A stretch of DNA of 23,205 nt, from sequence record DRR378314_402, one strand, 5' to 3'. The position numbers were made by a program, and so were the translations under genes. Each line of letters starts with the position of its first letter. The stretch's first letter is position 1. The notes under the pieces are model-generated. The model did no database searches and was not told the origin of the DNA. It saw nothing but the letters and a program-made list of their open reading frames with translations. This document shows, piece after piece, positions 8,585 to 18,245 of this stretch.

Positions 8585-9408
8585 TGGCAGAAACAATGCT
8601 GGAGAAACTGAAGGAAATAGCATTCGAAGCAGGTGGCGTTATTCTGTCAATGTACGAGCGGCGTGACTATAAAACGGCCGAGAAAAAAGACGATTCTCCA
8701 GTGACTACCGCAGATCTTGTTGCCAGCGAACTAATAGAAGATCGACTCAAGCAGTCATTCCCTGATATTCCGGTTATTTCTGAGGAAAGCGAGCATCAGG
8801 ACTATAATGAGCGTCGTCAATGGAAGGCCTATTTTATTATCGACCCGATAGATGGTACTCAGGAGTTTATTTCCCGCTCCGGAGACTTTGCTGTCAACAT
8901 TGCTTACGTAGAAAACAACGAGCCTGTCATTGGCGTTATTTTCTGGCCGGTCGGGGAAACGCTTTACTATGCTCGCAAAGGTGCTGGCGCCTTTAAACAA
9001 AAAGAGAACGAAAAGCAGTCCATAAGCGTGCGCAAGTTTAGTGACCCTCAGGCTGACCCTATTATTATTGCAATAAGTCGGCAACAGGCACGAGAGCCTG
9101 TGTTTAATCGTTTGCAGACAAAACGTGATATTCAGCCTTTACCAACGGGTAGCTGTTCACTAAAAGCCTGTTTTATTGCCGAGGGCAAAGCCGATTGTTT
9201 TTTACGTCTGGGACCTACCGGAGAATGGGATACCGCTGCATCGCAAGTTATTGTAGGAGAAGCTGGCGGTCGCATAGTGAATGAGAACTTTGAGCCCATT
9301 ACCTACAACCGCACGGTTAGCCTGCTGAACCCGAACTTCTTAGTTCTGGGTGACCAAAGTGTTCCCTGGGAAGAAGTCTTTATTGCCCGTCAGGCTCGTT
9401 TCCGGTAA
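8584..9408 (+). CDS. cysQ: 3'(2'),5'-bisphosphate nucleotidase CysQ
   Basis: [49 protein letters not shown] and EWDTAA inositol-monophosphatase-family motifs. GTG overlaps the nudE TAG; the alternative start is ATG 8596. Confidence 0.93.
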   Translation: MAETMLEKLKEIAFEAGGVILSMYERRDYKTAEKKDDSPVTTADLVASELIEDRLKQSFPDIPVISEESEHQDYNERRQWKAYFIIDPIDGTQEFISRSGDFAVNIAYVENNEPVIGVIFWPVGETLYYARKGAGAFKQKENEKQSISVRKFSDPQADPIIIAISRQQAREPVFNRLQTKRDIQPLPTGSCSLKACFIAEGKADCFLRLGPTGEWDTAASQVIVGEAGGRIVNENFEPITYNRTVSLLNPNFLVLGDQSVPWEEVFIARQARFR

Positions 9409-9616
9409 CACTGTCTTTGTTGACTACATCGACACTTTCATGCAACTCAGAGTAAACAATGACGGCTTCGCCGGACTTCAGGCGTTGCTTCAGTTGCTCC
9501 ACTTTCGTTTCAAAGCTGAGCTCCTGACTGCCGTAATCGGTTCCTTCGCGCAGTACAATAGATTCCATTAAATTGTTCAGGGTTTCCTGATCAATTTCCT
9601 GCCAGGGAATGATCAT
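9380..9616 (-). CDS. yheU: YheU family protein (UPF0270)
   Basis: [30 protein letters not shown]...LKSGEAV.V.SELHE is the YheU signature. ATGA overlap with the yheS stop. Confidence 0.92.
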   Translation of the reverse strand: MIIPWQEIDQETLNNLMESIVLREGTDYGSQELSFETKVEQLKQRLKSGEAVIVYSELHESVDVVNKDSVTGNEPDGQ

Positions 9617-11526
9617 TTATCCTCCGCTTGCTGCAACTCTTCTGTTAATTCTGCCAGTTCTTCTTCTGCTGTCATCCAGAGGTTTTCCTGTTGTTGCAGA
9701 TCTTTTTGCGCCTGTGCCTGCTGGTCTAACAGCTTTTGCAATTTGGCTTTATTGGCATCGTCATACAAGGTGCTGTCACTCAGTTGCTCGTGAATATCGG
9801 CTAGCGTCAGCTCCAGTGAATGAATATTCTTTTCTGCCTTCTCTATTTGTTGGCGCAAAGGCTTGGTTTTTTGTCGTGCTTCGGCTTCTTTGCGTTTTTG
9901 CTGTTTGCGGTCATCGCGTTGGCGAGTAGCGGGTTGCTCGCTACGTTTGTCATTAGCCGCCTGTTGCTGTAACCAATCGTGATAGGCATCTAAATCGCCG
10001 TCGAAAGTTTCTGCTTTGCCGTCGGCAACCAGACAAAATTCATCTACCGTAGTACGTAGCAAATGTCTGTCGTGCGAAACGACAATTAGCGCGCCTTCGT
10101 ATTCCTGCAAAGCCGCAACCAGTGCGTCCCGTAAGCCGAGATCCAGGTGGTTAGTTGGCTCATCTAGCAGTAACAGGTTAGGACGCTGGTAAATAATAAG
10201 TGCTAACGCCAATCGGGCTTTTTCCCCACCGGACATGGGTTCGACCGACCGTGTGGCCTGATCACCGGAAAAACCAAAGTTGCCCAGAAAGTCACGCAGC
10301 TTTTGTTCAGTCGCTTGTTTATCAATGCGCTGCAAGTGCAGCAGAGCTGAGGCTGCCAAGTCCAGAGTTTCCAGCTGATGCTGAGCAAAATAACCAATGC
10401 TGAGACCTGGGTTAACCAACCGCTCACCAGCCATCGGCTCCAATTCACCCGCCAGCAGTTTAATCAGCGTTGATTTACCGGCGCCGTTTCGGCCAAGCAA
10501 GCCTAACCTAGTTCCCGGCACCAAATTTAGCTTAATCTGCTCAAGAATGGTGGTGTCACCATAGCCAGCTTTGGCGTCGCGCAGCGTTAGCAGTGGATTT
10601 GGCAGCTTCTCTGGTGTTAAAAAGTGAAAGTCGATACCACTTTCGGCGCGTAGTGGTGCCTGGTTAGGCAGCTTCTCAATAGCTTTTAAACGGCTCTGTG
10701 CTTGTTTGGCTTTGCTGGCTTTATAACGAAAACGGTCAACGTAAGCTTGTAAGTGCTGACGCATAACCTGAGCTTTTTCGTACTCGCTTTGTTGCTGAGC
10801 CATGTGCTCGGCGCGCTGCCGCTCAAACAGAGAGTAGTTACCGCGGTAGCTGTTCAGTTTTTTATGCTCAATATGCGTAATGTCGGTAGTGACCGAGTCG
10901 AGAAAGTCACGGTCGTGCGATATCAATAGCAGGGTTCCGTCGTACTGTTTTAACCAGCTTTCCAGCCAGAAAATGGCATCAACGTCCAGGTGGTTGGTTG
11001 GCTCATCCAGCAGCATTAAGTCGGCGCGGGCTATGAGTACCTGTGCCAAATTAAGGCGCATACGCCAACCACCAGAAAATGCTTTTACCGGCTGTTGCAG
11101 TTGTTCCTGAGTAAAACCAAGGCCAGCCATTAAACTGGCGGTTCTGGGCTGAATATCATAAGCCCCGATGGAAGCCAACTTGTCGTGACAGTGCGCAATG
11201 GCTTCGCCGTTGTTATCGCTTTCGGCCTGCGCGAGTTGCGCTTCCAACTGCCGAAACTCGGCGTCACCGTCCATTACGTAATCGATAGCGGATTTATCCA
11301 GTGCGGGAGTGTCCTGGGCTACGCTGGCAATTCGCCACTCCGCTGGCAGGTGAATATTACCGCTGTCGGCACTGAGTTCACCACGCAGCATGGCAAACAG
11401 CGAGGACTTGCCGCAGCCATTACGGCCTACTAAGCCAACGCGATGTCCCGGGAATACTTGTAAGTCACTGTCTTCAAATAAAACATCACCGCCACGCAAT
11501 AAGGTGATAGCTTCAGCACGGATCAT
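9613..11526 (-). CDS. yheS: ABC-F family ribosome-associated ATPase YheS
   Basis: Two ABC domains ([55 protein letters not shown]), linker [18 protein letters not shown]-terminal coiled coil, no TM segments, 637 aa. Located next to yheU and yheV. Confidence 0.93.
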   Translation of the reverse strand: MIRAEAITLLRGGDVLFEDSDLQVFPGHRVGLVGRNGCGKSSLFAMLRGELSADSGNIHLPAEWRIASVAQDTPALDKSAIDYVMDGDAEFRQLEAQLAQAESDNNGEAIAHCHDKLASIGAYDIQPRTASLMAGLGFTQEQLQQPVKAFSGGWRMRLNLAQVLIARADLMLLDEPTNHLDVDAIFWLESWLKQYDGTLLLISHDRDFLDSVTTDITHIEHKKLNSYRGNYSLFERQRAEHMAQQQSEYEKAQVMRQHLQAYVDRFRYKASKAKQAQSRLKAIEKLPNQAPLRAESGIDFHFLTPEKLPNPLLTLRDAKAGYGDTTILEQIKLNLVPGTRLGLLGRNGAGKSTLIKLLAGELEPMAGERLVNPGLSIGYFAQHQLETLDLAASALLHLQRIDKQATEQKLRDFLGNFGFSGDQATRSVEPMSGGEKARLALALIIYQRPNLLLLDEPTNHLDLGLRDALVAALQEYEGALIVVSHDRHLLRTTVDEFCLVADGKAETFDGDLDAYHDWLQQQAANDKRSEQPATRQRDDRKQQKRKEAEARQKTKPLRQQIEKAEKNIHSLELTLADIHEQLSDSTLYDDANKAKLQKLLDQQAQAQKDLQQQENLWMTAEEELAELTEELQQAEDK

Positions 11527-11541
11527 AAACTACTCTTCATT

Positions 11542-11596
11542 TTGTACAGCTGTTCAGCTGCGGTATCATAGACGTGTTCTGCTCACAATTCTAACA
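11542..11596. promoter_or_regulatory. Candidate divergent/overlapping sigma70 promoters for yheV-nnr (+) and yheS (-)
   Basis: Plus strand: TTGTAC (11542-11547), 16-bp spacer, TATCAT (11564-11569). Minus strand: TATGAT (11570-11565) and extended -10 TGt-TAGAAT (11596-11588). Confidence 0.45.
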
Positions 11597-11607
11597 CAGG
11601 AGCTGTT

Positions 11608-11811
11608 GTGGCTAGAGAAAAGAAGCGATTTATTGCCGGGGCTGTTTGCCCCAAATGCGATGCCATGGACACACTCATGCTCTTCATCGAAAACGATACC
11701 GAACAAGTTGAGTGCGTGCAATGTAAGCACCGGTTTAGTGAACCTAAAGAGCAGGGTGGTGGTAGCCAGCGTCAGTTTGATCAGGTCATTGGGGTATTTA
11801 AGCCAGACTAA
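11608..11811 (+). CDS. yheV: YheV family putative zinc-ribbon protein
   Basis: KRFIAGAVCPKC.AMD...VECVQC.H...QVIGVFKPD matches YheV, with two CxxC motifs. GTG start with AGGAG RBS. Confidence 0.92.
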   Translation: MAREKKRFIAGAVCPKCDAMDTLMLFIENDTEQVECVQCKHRFSEPKEQGGGSQRQFDQVIGVFKPD

Positions 11812-11831
11812 ACAAATTGTAGGGAGCCATT

Positions 11832-13352
11832 ATGACAGACACCGACGGCAGCCGTTTTATCAACTGTCTTTATCGCGTTGAGCAAGTAAAGCAGGGCGAA
11901 AAAAAAGCCGCTGAAGCTTGCTCGATGAACATGACGCAACTGATGTCGGCGGCCGGGAAAGCGGTTTTTCATCAGCTACAATCTTACTTTCCGGCACCGG
12001 CACGCATTGCGGTCTGTTGTGGTGAAGGCAATAACGGTGGCGATGGCTATATTGTCGCCCGACTGGCTCAGAAGGCCGGTTATCAGGTGCAAGTTTTTGC
12101 GCTTAAACCCAATGTTGAATTGCCGGAGCCAATGGAGTCTGACGCGCACAAAGCCCGTGCTGCGTGGCGTGAACAAGGCGGAAGTGAAAAGCCCTTGCTG
12201 GATTGCTCGCCCGAGCAGTTTGATGTGTTGGTGGATGCCTTATTTGGTGTCGGTTTGAATCGTGCGCTTGAGGGCGACCCGGTAAGCTGGGTTCAGCGGG
12301 TGAATGGTAGCACGACGCCGGTGGTTTCAGTGGACGTGCCGTCGGGGTTAAATGCTGATACGGGTCATGTGCCCGGTGCGGCGGTTCGCGCTCATATTAC
12401 TGTCTGTCTGGTGGCGTTAAAGCGCGGCTTGCTGACCGGGAAGGCTCAAGAGCATACCGGTGAGTTAAAACTTGAAGATTTAGGTATTGGCGGCACGTTT
12501 AGACAGCAAAATGAAGCCGACTGGTTCAGGGTTAATGCAGGCCGGGTTGGCGGCTGGCTAGCGCCTCGTTCACGCTGCACTCACAAAGGTGAGCAAGGAC
12601 ACGTGCTAATTGTCGGTGGTCAGCCGGGCATGTCCGGAGCTGTGATATTGGCAATGCAGTCGGCGCTGCGTGCGGGGGCGGGCAAAGTGTCCGTGGCGTG
12701 TCATCCGCAGGTGCAGGCAATTGTTGCGGCAGCTCAGCCTGAAGCTATGGTGCATGGCATAAAAGAAACCGATGCTCTTAAGCCGCTGCTGCGAGAAACT
12801 TCTGCTGTTGCTCTGGGACCCGGGTTGGGGCAAGGCTCCTGGAGTCAGGAGGTTTTTTCGCAGGTGATGGAAACCGATGTGCTGAAAGTTATTGATGCCG
12901 ATGGTTTAAATCTATTAGCCAGTAACCCCGTTCATTCACCCAAATTATTACTAACACCGCACCCTGGTGAAGCGGCGCGGTTACTGCAAATTACGACCGA
13001 TGAAATAGCGTCGGATCGTTTTGCTGCGGCAACAAAACTACGTGAAAAATACGGTGCGCAGGTACTACTGAAAGGTGCGGGGTCTTTGCTGGTAACCGAC
13101 AGAGGTAGGTGTTTGATTGACCGCGGTTCACCAGCAATGGCCTCCGGTGGCATGGGCGACCTGTTAACCGGATTAATCGCGGGCTTATTAGCGCAAAGAA
13201 TGGCTCCGGCACAAGCGCTGATTGCGGGTAGCCTATGGCATGCTATAGCGGGCGAAGAGGCAGGAAACGATGGTGAGAGGGGAACCTTAGCTTCGGATCT
13301 GTTGCCTTATATACGACAGTTGGTGAACGGATATGGAAGGGATGATGACTGA
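11832..13352 (+). CDS. nnr: Bifunctional NAD(P)HX epimerase/dehydratase Nnr (YjeF)
   Basis: Epimerase motifs CGEGNNGGDG, DALFG.GL and VDVPSG; dehydratase motifs HKG..GHVLIVGG, GPGLG, IDADGL, TPHPGEA and GGMGDLL.G. GGGAG RBS. Confidence 0.94.
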   Translation: MTDTDGSRFINCLYRVEQVKQGEKKAAEACSMNMTQLMSAAGKAVFHQLQSYFPAPARIAVCCGEGNNGGDGYIVARLAQKAGYQVQVFALKPNVELPEPMESDAHKARAAWREQGGSEKPLLDCSPEQFDVLVDALFGVGLNRALEGDPVSWVQRVNGSTTPVVSVDVPSGLNADTGHVPGAAVRAHITVCLVALKRGLLTGKAQEHTGELKLEDLGIGGTFRQQNEADWFRVNAGRVGGWLAPRSRCTHKGEQGHVLIVGGQPGMSGAVILAMQSALRAGAGKVSVACHPQVQAIVAAAQPEAMVHGIKETDALKPLLRETSAVALGPGLGQGSWSQEVFSQVMETDVLKVIDADGLNLLASNPVHSPKLLLTPHPGEAARLLQITTDEIASDRFAAATKLREKYGAQVLLKGAGSLLVTDRGRCLIDRGSPAMASGGMGDLLTGLIAGLLAQRMAPAQALIAGSLWHAIAGEEAGNDGERGTLASDLLPYIRQLVNGYGRDDD

Positions 13353-13803
13353 GGTACACCAATGTGAGTTGGCTGATGAAGAGGAAACGTTAGCACTTGC
13401 GAAGAAATTTTCACAAGTTTTACAGACCCCTTTAGTGGTTTATCTGAGAGGCGAGTTAGGTGCCGGAAAAACGGCGTTTTGTCGCGGTGTTATTCAGGCT
13501 ATGGGGCATTCAGGGGCGGTGAAAAGTCCGACCTATACTCTTGTTGAGCCCTACCAGCTGCAGGGCTGGCGTATTCATCATTTTGATTTATATCGACTGG
13601 CAGATCCGGAAGAGCTCGAATATATGGGAATTCGAGATTATTTTTCTGAAGATACGTTAAACTTTATAGAGTGGCCCGATAAAGGCTATGGTTGGCTTCC
13701 CGGTGCGGACATTGAGATAAGAATCGAGTATGCTGGCACGGGTCGTAAACTTACTTTCAGTGCGCTAACTGAAGCCGGACAACAAATAATTAAAACATTA
13801 TGA
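13345..13803 (+). CDS. tsaE: tRNA threonylcarbamoyladenosine biosynthesis ATPase TsaE
   Basis: Walker A GELGAGKT, VKSPTYTLVEPY, HFDLYRL.DPEELE.MG and IEWP. Start is ATG 13345 or 13342 after GGAAGG; the ORF track gives 13333. Confidence 0.96.
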   Translation: MTEVHQCELADEEETLALAKKFSQVLQTPLVVYLRGELGAGKTAFCRGVIQAMGHSGAVKSPTYTLVEPYQLQGWRIHHFDLYRLADPEELEYMGIRDYFSEDTLNFIEWPDKGYGWLPGADIEIRIEYAGTGRKLTFSALTEAGQQIIKTL

Positions 13804-15110
13804 TGAAGCGATTTTGGGTGTTTTTGTTTGCTTGTGTTCCTTTGTGGGCCTGGGCCGACAACAGTATAGACAGTGTGCGTGTGTGGCCATCTCCGGATAA
13901 AACGCGGGTGGTTTTCGACTTGTCGGACACTCCCGATTATTCTTACTTTACGTTGTATCAGCAAAAGCCTTACCGGCTGGTTATTGATTTTAACAATACT
14001 TCGTTAAAAGCGGGTTTGGCGAACTTGGGCGAAGAATCGCTGCTGGTCGATAAAATTCGCACAAGCTCACCTAAGAACGCTAACAGTACCCGTATTGTTA
14101 TTGAGCTGGACTCTAAAAGCGACGCTAACCTTTTTACCTTACCGGCTAATGAGTCCTATAAAGATCGGTTGGTGGTTGATTTACCCGGTAAATCCAAAGA
14201 GCTGAGCGGGCCGGCAAAATCGGTTTCAGAGCTGAAAGACAGGCGCGTAACCATAGCAATTGATGCCGGGCATGGTGGTGATGACCCGGGCTCTATTGGT
14301 CCACGCGGAACTTACGAAAAACACGTCGTTATTCGTATTGCCCGTGCATTGGCCAAACTCATTAATGATGACCCTGGTATGCAGGCTTATTTGATTCGAA
14401 CCGGGGACTACTATGTTGGCCTTAACGAGCGACCGCAAAAAGCCTGGGATGTAAAAGCGGATTTTTTTGTTTCTATTCATGCAGACGCTTTTCGAACACC
14501 ACAGCCCAGCGGTGGCTCGGTCTGGGTGTTGTCCAAACGCCGGGCAGAATCCGAAGTTGGTCGCTGGTTAGAAAATCGGGAGCAGCAATCTGAGTTATTG
14601 GGTGGCGTTACTGATATTTTGCGGAAGAACGGGCACGAACCCTATTTGGCAGAGACTCTGTTGGATATGTCAATGGACAGTTCCATTGCCGGGGCCTACA
14701 GTGCCGCGAAACATATAATCGATGAAATGTCAACGGTAACCAAAATGCATAAAAAGACCCCTCAGGCAGCGAGTTTCGCGGTTTTGAAGTCACCGGATAA
14801 ACCGTCATTGCTGGTGGAAACTGGATTCATTTCAAACCCGCGTGAAGAGCAGTTGTTAACCAGTAATGCTCATCAGCAAAAGCTGGCGCGGGCTCTTTAC
14901 AACGGGATCCGCCGTTATTTTGTCAGTAACCCAATAGACAATACCTACTTAGCTAACCAAAGCAGTTTTACTTATACCGTTAAGTCCGGAGATTCCTTAT
15001 CGGTGCTGGCACAGAAGTATAATACTACCGTCAAAGCCATTAAAACCGAGAATAACCTGACCACCAGTAGCTTGAAAATCGGTCAGAAACTGACAATTCC
15101 GAGTCGCTGA
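13800..15110 (+). CDS. amiB: N-acetylmuramoyl-L-alanine amidase AmiB (AMIN + Amidase_3 + one LysM)
   Basis: Signal peptide, AMIN domain ([16 protein letters not shown]), catalytic motifs [18 protein letters not shown] and LVETGFISN, and C-terminal Lys[15 protein letters not shown]. Canonical position between tsaE and mutL. Confidence 0.93.
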   Translation: MMKRFWVFLFACVPLWAWADNSIDSVRVWPSPDKTRVVFDLSDTPDYSYFTLYQQKPYRLVIDFNNTSLKAGLANLGEESLLVDKIRTSSPKNANSTRIVIELDSKSDANLFTLPANESYKDRLVVDLPGKSKELSGPAKSVSELKDRRVTIAIDAGHGGDDPGSIGPRGTYEKHVVIRIARALAKLINDDPGMQAYLIRTGDYYVGLNERPQKAWDVKADFFVSIHADAFRTPQPSGGSVWVLSKRRAESEVGRWLENREQQSELLGGVTDILRKNGHEPYLAETLLDMSMDSSIAGAYSAAKHIIDEMSTVTKMHKKTPQAASFAVLKSPDKPSLLVETGFISNPREEQLLTSNAHQQKLARALYNGIRRYFVSNPIDNTYLANQSSFTYTVKSGDSLSVLAQKYNTTVKAIKTENNLTTSSLKIGQKLTIPSR

Positions 15111-16843
15111 TGGCCATTCAACAATTACCGATAGAGCTCGCGAACCAAATTGCTGCGGGCGAAGTGGTTGAGCGCCCTTCGTCGGTGGTTAAAGAACTGG
15201 TAGAAAATGCATTGGATGCCGGGGCTACGCAATTAATTCTGGATATTGAGCAGGGCGGTAGCAAACGCATTCGAATTCGCGATAACGGCGGTGGTATTGT
15301 TAAGCAGGAGCTGACACTGGCACTGAGCCGTCACGCCACCAGTAAAATTCAGAGTCTGGACGATTTAGAGCATATTGGTAGCTTGGGGTTTCGGGGGGAA
15401 GCTCTGGCCAGTATCAGTTCTGTGTCGCGATTGCGCTTAATATCCAAGCCGCCGGAGCAGGAAGAAGCCTGGCAGGCGTGGGCCGAAGGTAGGGATATGC
15501 AAGTGACTGTTGAACCAGCTGCGCATCCGGACGGCACAACCGTCGATATACAGGATCTATTCTTTAATACGCCAGCCAGACGTAAGTTTTTACGCACAGA
15601 AAAAACTGAATTCAGCCACATAGATGAAGTTATAAAACGGATTGCGCTTAGCCGTTTTGAAGTTGGATTCCAGCTTAATCATAACGGCAAATCGGTAAGA
15701 GCGTTTCCTTCTGCTCAGACTGAAAAACAGCAGTTACAACGGTTGGCGAAAATTTGCGGCGGTGGATTTGCTGAGCAGGCTGCAGCAATTGACGCTGTTG
15801 ATGGTGACTTCCACTTAAGTGGCTGGTTAGTCCCGCCGGAGCATTGTCGGCATCAGGGGGATATTCAGCATTTTTTTGTCAACGGCCGAATGATGCGCGA
15901 TAAATTGTTATCGCATGCGGTACGTCAGGCCTACGAAAAATATTTGCCGAACGAGCGCGTTCCGACGTTTGTGCTTTATTTTGAACTTCCTGCTGAAGAA
16001 GTCGATGTGAATGTACATCCGGCAAAGCATGAAGTCCGTTTTCACCGCCAGCGACAAGTGCATGACTTTATTCTGACTCGCATTGAACAGGCTTTAAATC
16101 AGCTGGTTGCCATAGAAAATGAACAACCTGCGATGAGTCATCAGCATTCTTACAGCTCGCAAGAACGGTCATCAGGAGCCACGTCGGACTCCTATCGGGG
16201 GGCGTCAGGTGCGAGCTTTCTAGGCGAGAGAAAAGCATCGGGTTCGTTGTTGCCGAATGCTGCCAGGGTTCCTCATGGTAATGCGGGAGCGCAGCTAAGC
16301 ACCGAGCCAGAGGCAAAGTTAAAGGCGGAACAAAACTGGCGTGTTCTGTCTGTGTTTAATGATGTTTATGCCCTTATTCGCAATGAGTACAGCCTGGCCT
16401 GGCTTAATCTGGCTAAAGTTCATACTGAATGTGTCAGCAGAAAACTTACTCAGCAATTGCAGGACGGACTGAACGGGCAGCCTTTACTGGTTCCTGTGGC
16501 AGTCAGTTTGGCGAACCTGCCCGGGCCTGCGAGCCAGTGGCCGCAACAGCAATTAAACCAGTGCGGTGTGGTGTATAAAATTCAGCGTGAGCAGGCAATT
16601 ATTGAGCAAATGCCGGAAATGTTACGTCAGGGCAATGTGGTGAGTGGTTTTACTGACTTATTAACCTTACTGACCGAAGGCGCTGAAACTGACCAACTGG
16701 CTCGTTGGTTGGCACAGTTTGCTGGTCTTGAGTCGTACAGTCTGACTCAGGCGGAGCACTGGCTTATTCAATGGCGTTCGCAATTGGCTGAAAGCGCGGA
16801 TGCGCTACAAAAGTTGCCGTTACCCGGAGAGAATAATGCATAG
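15110..16843 (+). CDS. mutL: DNA mismatch repair protein MutL
   Basis: [55 protein letters not shown] and [18 protein letters not shown] coupling to amiB. Confidence 0.97.
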   Translation: MAIQQLPIELANQIAAGEVVERPSSVVKELVENALDAGATQLILDIEQGGSKRIRIRDNGGGIVKQELTLALSRHATSKIQSLDDLEHIGSLGFRGEALASISSVSRLRLISKPPEQEEAWQAWAEGRDMQVTVEPAAHPDGTTVDIQDLFFNTPARRKFLRTEKTEFSHIDEVIKRIALSRFEVGFQLNHNGKSVRAFPSAQTEKQQLQRLAKICGGGFAEQAAAIDAVDGDFHLSGWLVPPEHCRHQGDIQHFFVNGRMMRDKLLSHAVRQAYEKYLPNERVPTFVLYFELPAEEVDVNVHPAKHEVRFHRQRQVHDFILTRIEQALNQLVAIENEQPAMSHQHSYSSQERSSGATSDSYRGASGASFLGERKASGSLLPNAARVPHGNAGAQLSTEPEAKLKAEQNWRVLSVFNDVYALIRNEYSLAWLNLAKVHTECVSRKLTQQLQDGLNGQPLLVPVAVSLANLPGPASQWPQQQLNQCGVVYKIQREQAIIEQMPEMLRQGNVVSGFTDLLTLLTEGAETDQLARWLAQFAGLESYSLTQAEHWLIQWRSQLAESADALQKLPLPGENNA

Positions 16844-17786
16844 CAAGGACGCCGTTATCGCCATTTATGGGCCAACAGCTTCAGGGAAAACGGCGTTGTC
16901 GCTGGCGCTTTGTGAGCAACTGGACTGTGAGATTATTTCTGTCGACTCCGCGTTAATTTATCGGGGAATGGATATTGGTACCGCGAAACCCAGCGCCGAA
17001 GAGCAAAACTTGGTTCCTCATCACTTGCTGGATATTCGCGACCCTGCCGAAACTTATTCGGCGGCCGATTTCCAAAAAGACGCTTTGGCTTTAATTGATG
17101 ACATTCAGCAACGTGGCAAGGTGCCTTTGTTGGTTGGCGGAACCATGTTGTACTTTAAGGCGTTGCTGGAAGGGCTTTCCCATTTGCCCGAGTCCGATAC
17201 CAGCGTGCGTGAGAAACTGACCGCCGAACTGCATGAGAAAGGTTTAGCCGAACTGCACAGTCGGCTGCAAAAGGTTGATCCCACAAGTGCGAAACGCATT
17301 CACCCTAACGATCCTCAGCGAATTCTGCGAGCTTTGGAGGTTTATGAAATTGCGGGCAAACCCCTGACAGAACTTACCAGGGAGCGTCATGGTCAGTTAA
17401 CTAAACCCATTTATCAGTTTGCGGTGGCGCCAGTTGACCGGAAAGTTTTACATCAGCGTATAGAACAGCGTTTCGACCATATGTTGGCGCAACCTTTTAA
17501 AGAGGAAGTTGCAACTTTGTTTGCCCGATCCGATTTGCATCCGGACCTTCCGTCCATACGCAGTGTTGGCTATCGGCAAATGTGGCAGCACCTGGCCGGA
17601 GAGCTAAGCTATGATGAAATGCGTGAACGCGGAATTATTGCTACCCGACAGTTGGCGAAAAGACAAATGACCTGGCTGCGGGGCTGGCCGGGAGTGCACT
17701 GGCTGGAAACCGGCGACCTCAATATGCAGGCGAAAGTCATGACAGCAATGCAGCAGCCCGCAAAGATTTTTAATAGTAAGGATTGA
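16836..17786 (+). CDS. miaA: tRNA dimethylallyltransferase MiaA
   Basis: [47 protein letters not shown] and [13 protein letters not shown] 16836 follows GGAGAG and overlaps the mutL end by 8 nt; the track start at 16800 is probably too long. Confidence 0.97.
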   Translation: MHSKDAVIAIYGPTASGKTALSLALCEQLDCEIISVDSALIYRGMDIGTAKPSAEEQNLVPHHLLDIRDPAETYSAADFQKDALALIDDIQQRGKVPLLVGGTMLYFKALLEGLSHLPESDTSVREKLTAELHEKGLAELHSRLQKVDPTSAKRIHPNDPQRILRALEVYEIAGKPLTELTRERHGQLTKPIYQFAVAPVDRKVLHQRIEQRFDHMLAQPFKEEVATLFARSDLHPDLPSIRSVGYRQMWQHLAGELSYDEMRERGIIATRQLAKRQMTWLRGWPGVHWLETGDLNMQAKVMTAMQQPAKIFNSKD

Positions 17787-17851
17787 AATTAGACGACCAA
17801 GGCCGCAGATCCAATTCTGGACTAAATGAGTAATTCTTAACGTTTTTCTTA

Positions 17852-17879
17852 TTGCAAAAATTCTTTACTGGTCTAGTGT
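17852..17879 (+). promoter_or_regulatory. Candidate internal sigma70 promoter for hfq
   Basis: TTGCAA (17852-17857), 16-bp spacer, TAGTGT (17874-17879), within the 177-bp miaA-hfq gap. Confidence 0.4.
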
Positions 17880-17963
17880 GTCTTTACAGGGAACTGCAAA
17901 TTGGCAGTGCTGTAGCTTACTATTTACACATTGGATATTAATAACGATAAAAAGGAATCCAAG

Positions 17964-18221
17964 ATGGCTAAGGGGCAAACTTTACAAGACCCATTCTTAA
18001 ATGCGTTACGTCGTGAGCGCATACCAGTATCTATTTACTTAGTTAATGGCATTAAACTGCAGGGACAAATTGAGTCTTTTGATCAATTCGTTGTCTTATT
18101 AAAGAATACGGTTAGCCAAATGGTGTATAAGCATGCAATTTCAACAGTTGTACCTGCGCGTATTCCTCAAAATTATTTGCCGCAACAAGCTGGCGAAGAT
18201 ATGGCTGAAATAGAAGATTAA
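17964..18221 (+). CDS. hfq: RNA chaperone Hfq
   Basis: [66 protein letters not shown] 17964 follows an AAGGA RBS; 85 aa. Confidence 0.99.
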   Translation: MAKGQTLQDPFLNALRRERIPVSIYLVNGIKLQGQIESFDQFVVLLKNTVSQMVYKHAISTVVPARIPQNYLPQQAGEDMAEIED

Positions 18222-18245
18222 TGGTGAAAGAGAGGTCTGAACAAC

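Noticed and set aside
11390..11881. 163-aa plus-strand ORF spanning the yheS start, the intergenic region and yheV
   Set aside because: Overlaps two confidently identified genes in other frames or strands, with no recognisable domain.
15071..15100. CTTGAA near the amiB end as a sigma32 -35 for mutL (E. coli has heat-shock promoters in this operon)
   Set aside because: No CCCCAT-like -10 at the required 13-15 bp spacing.
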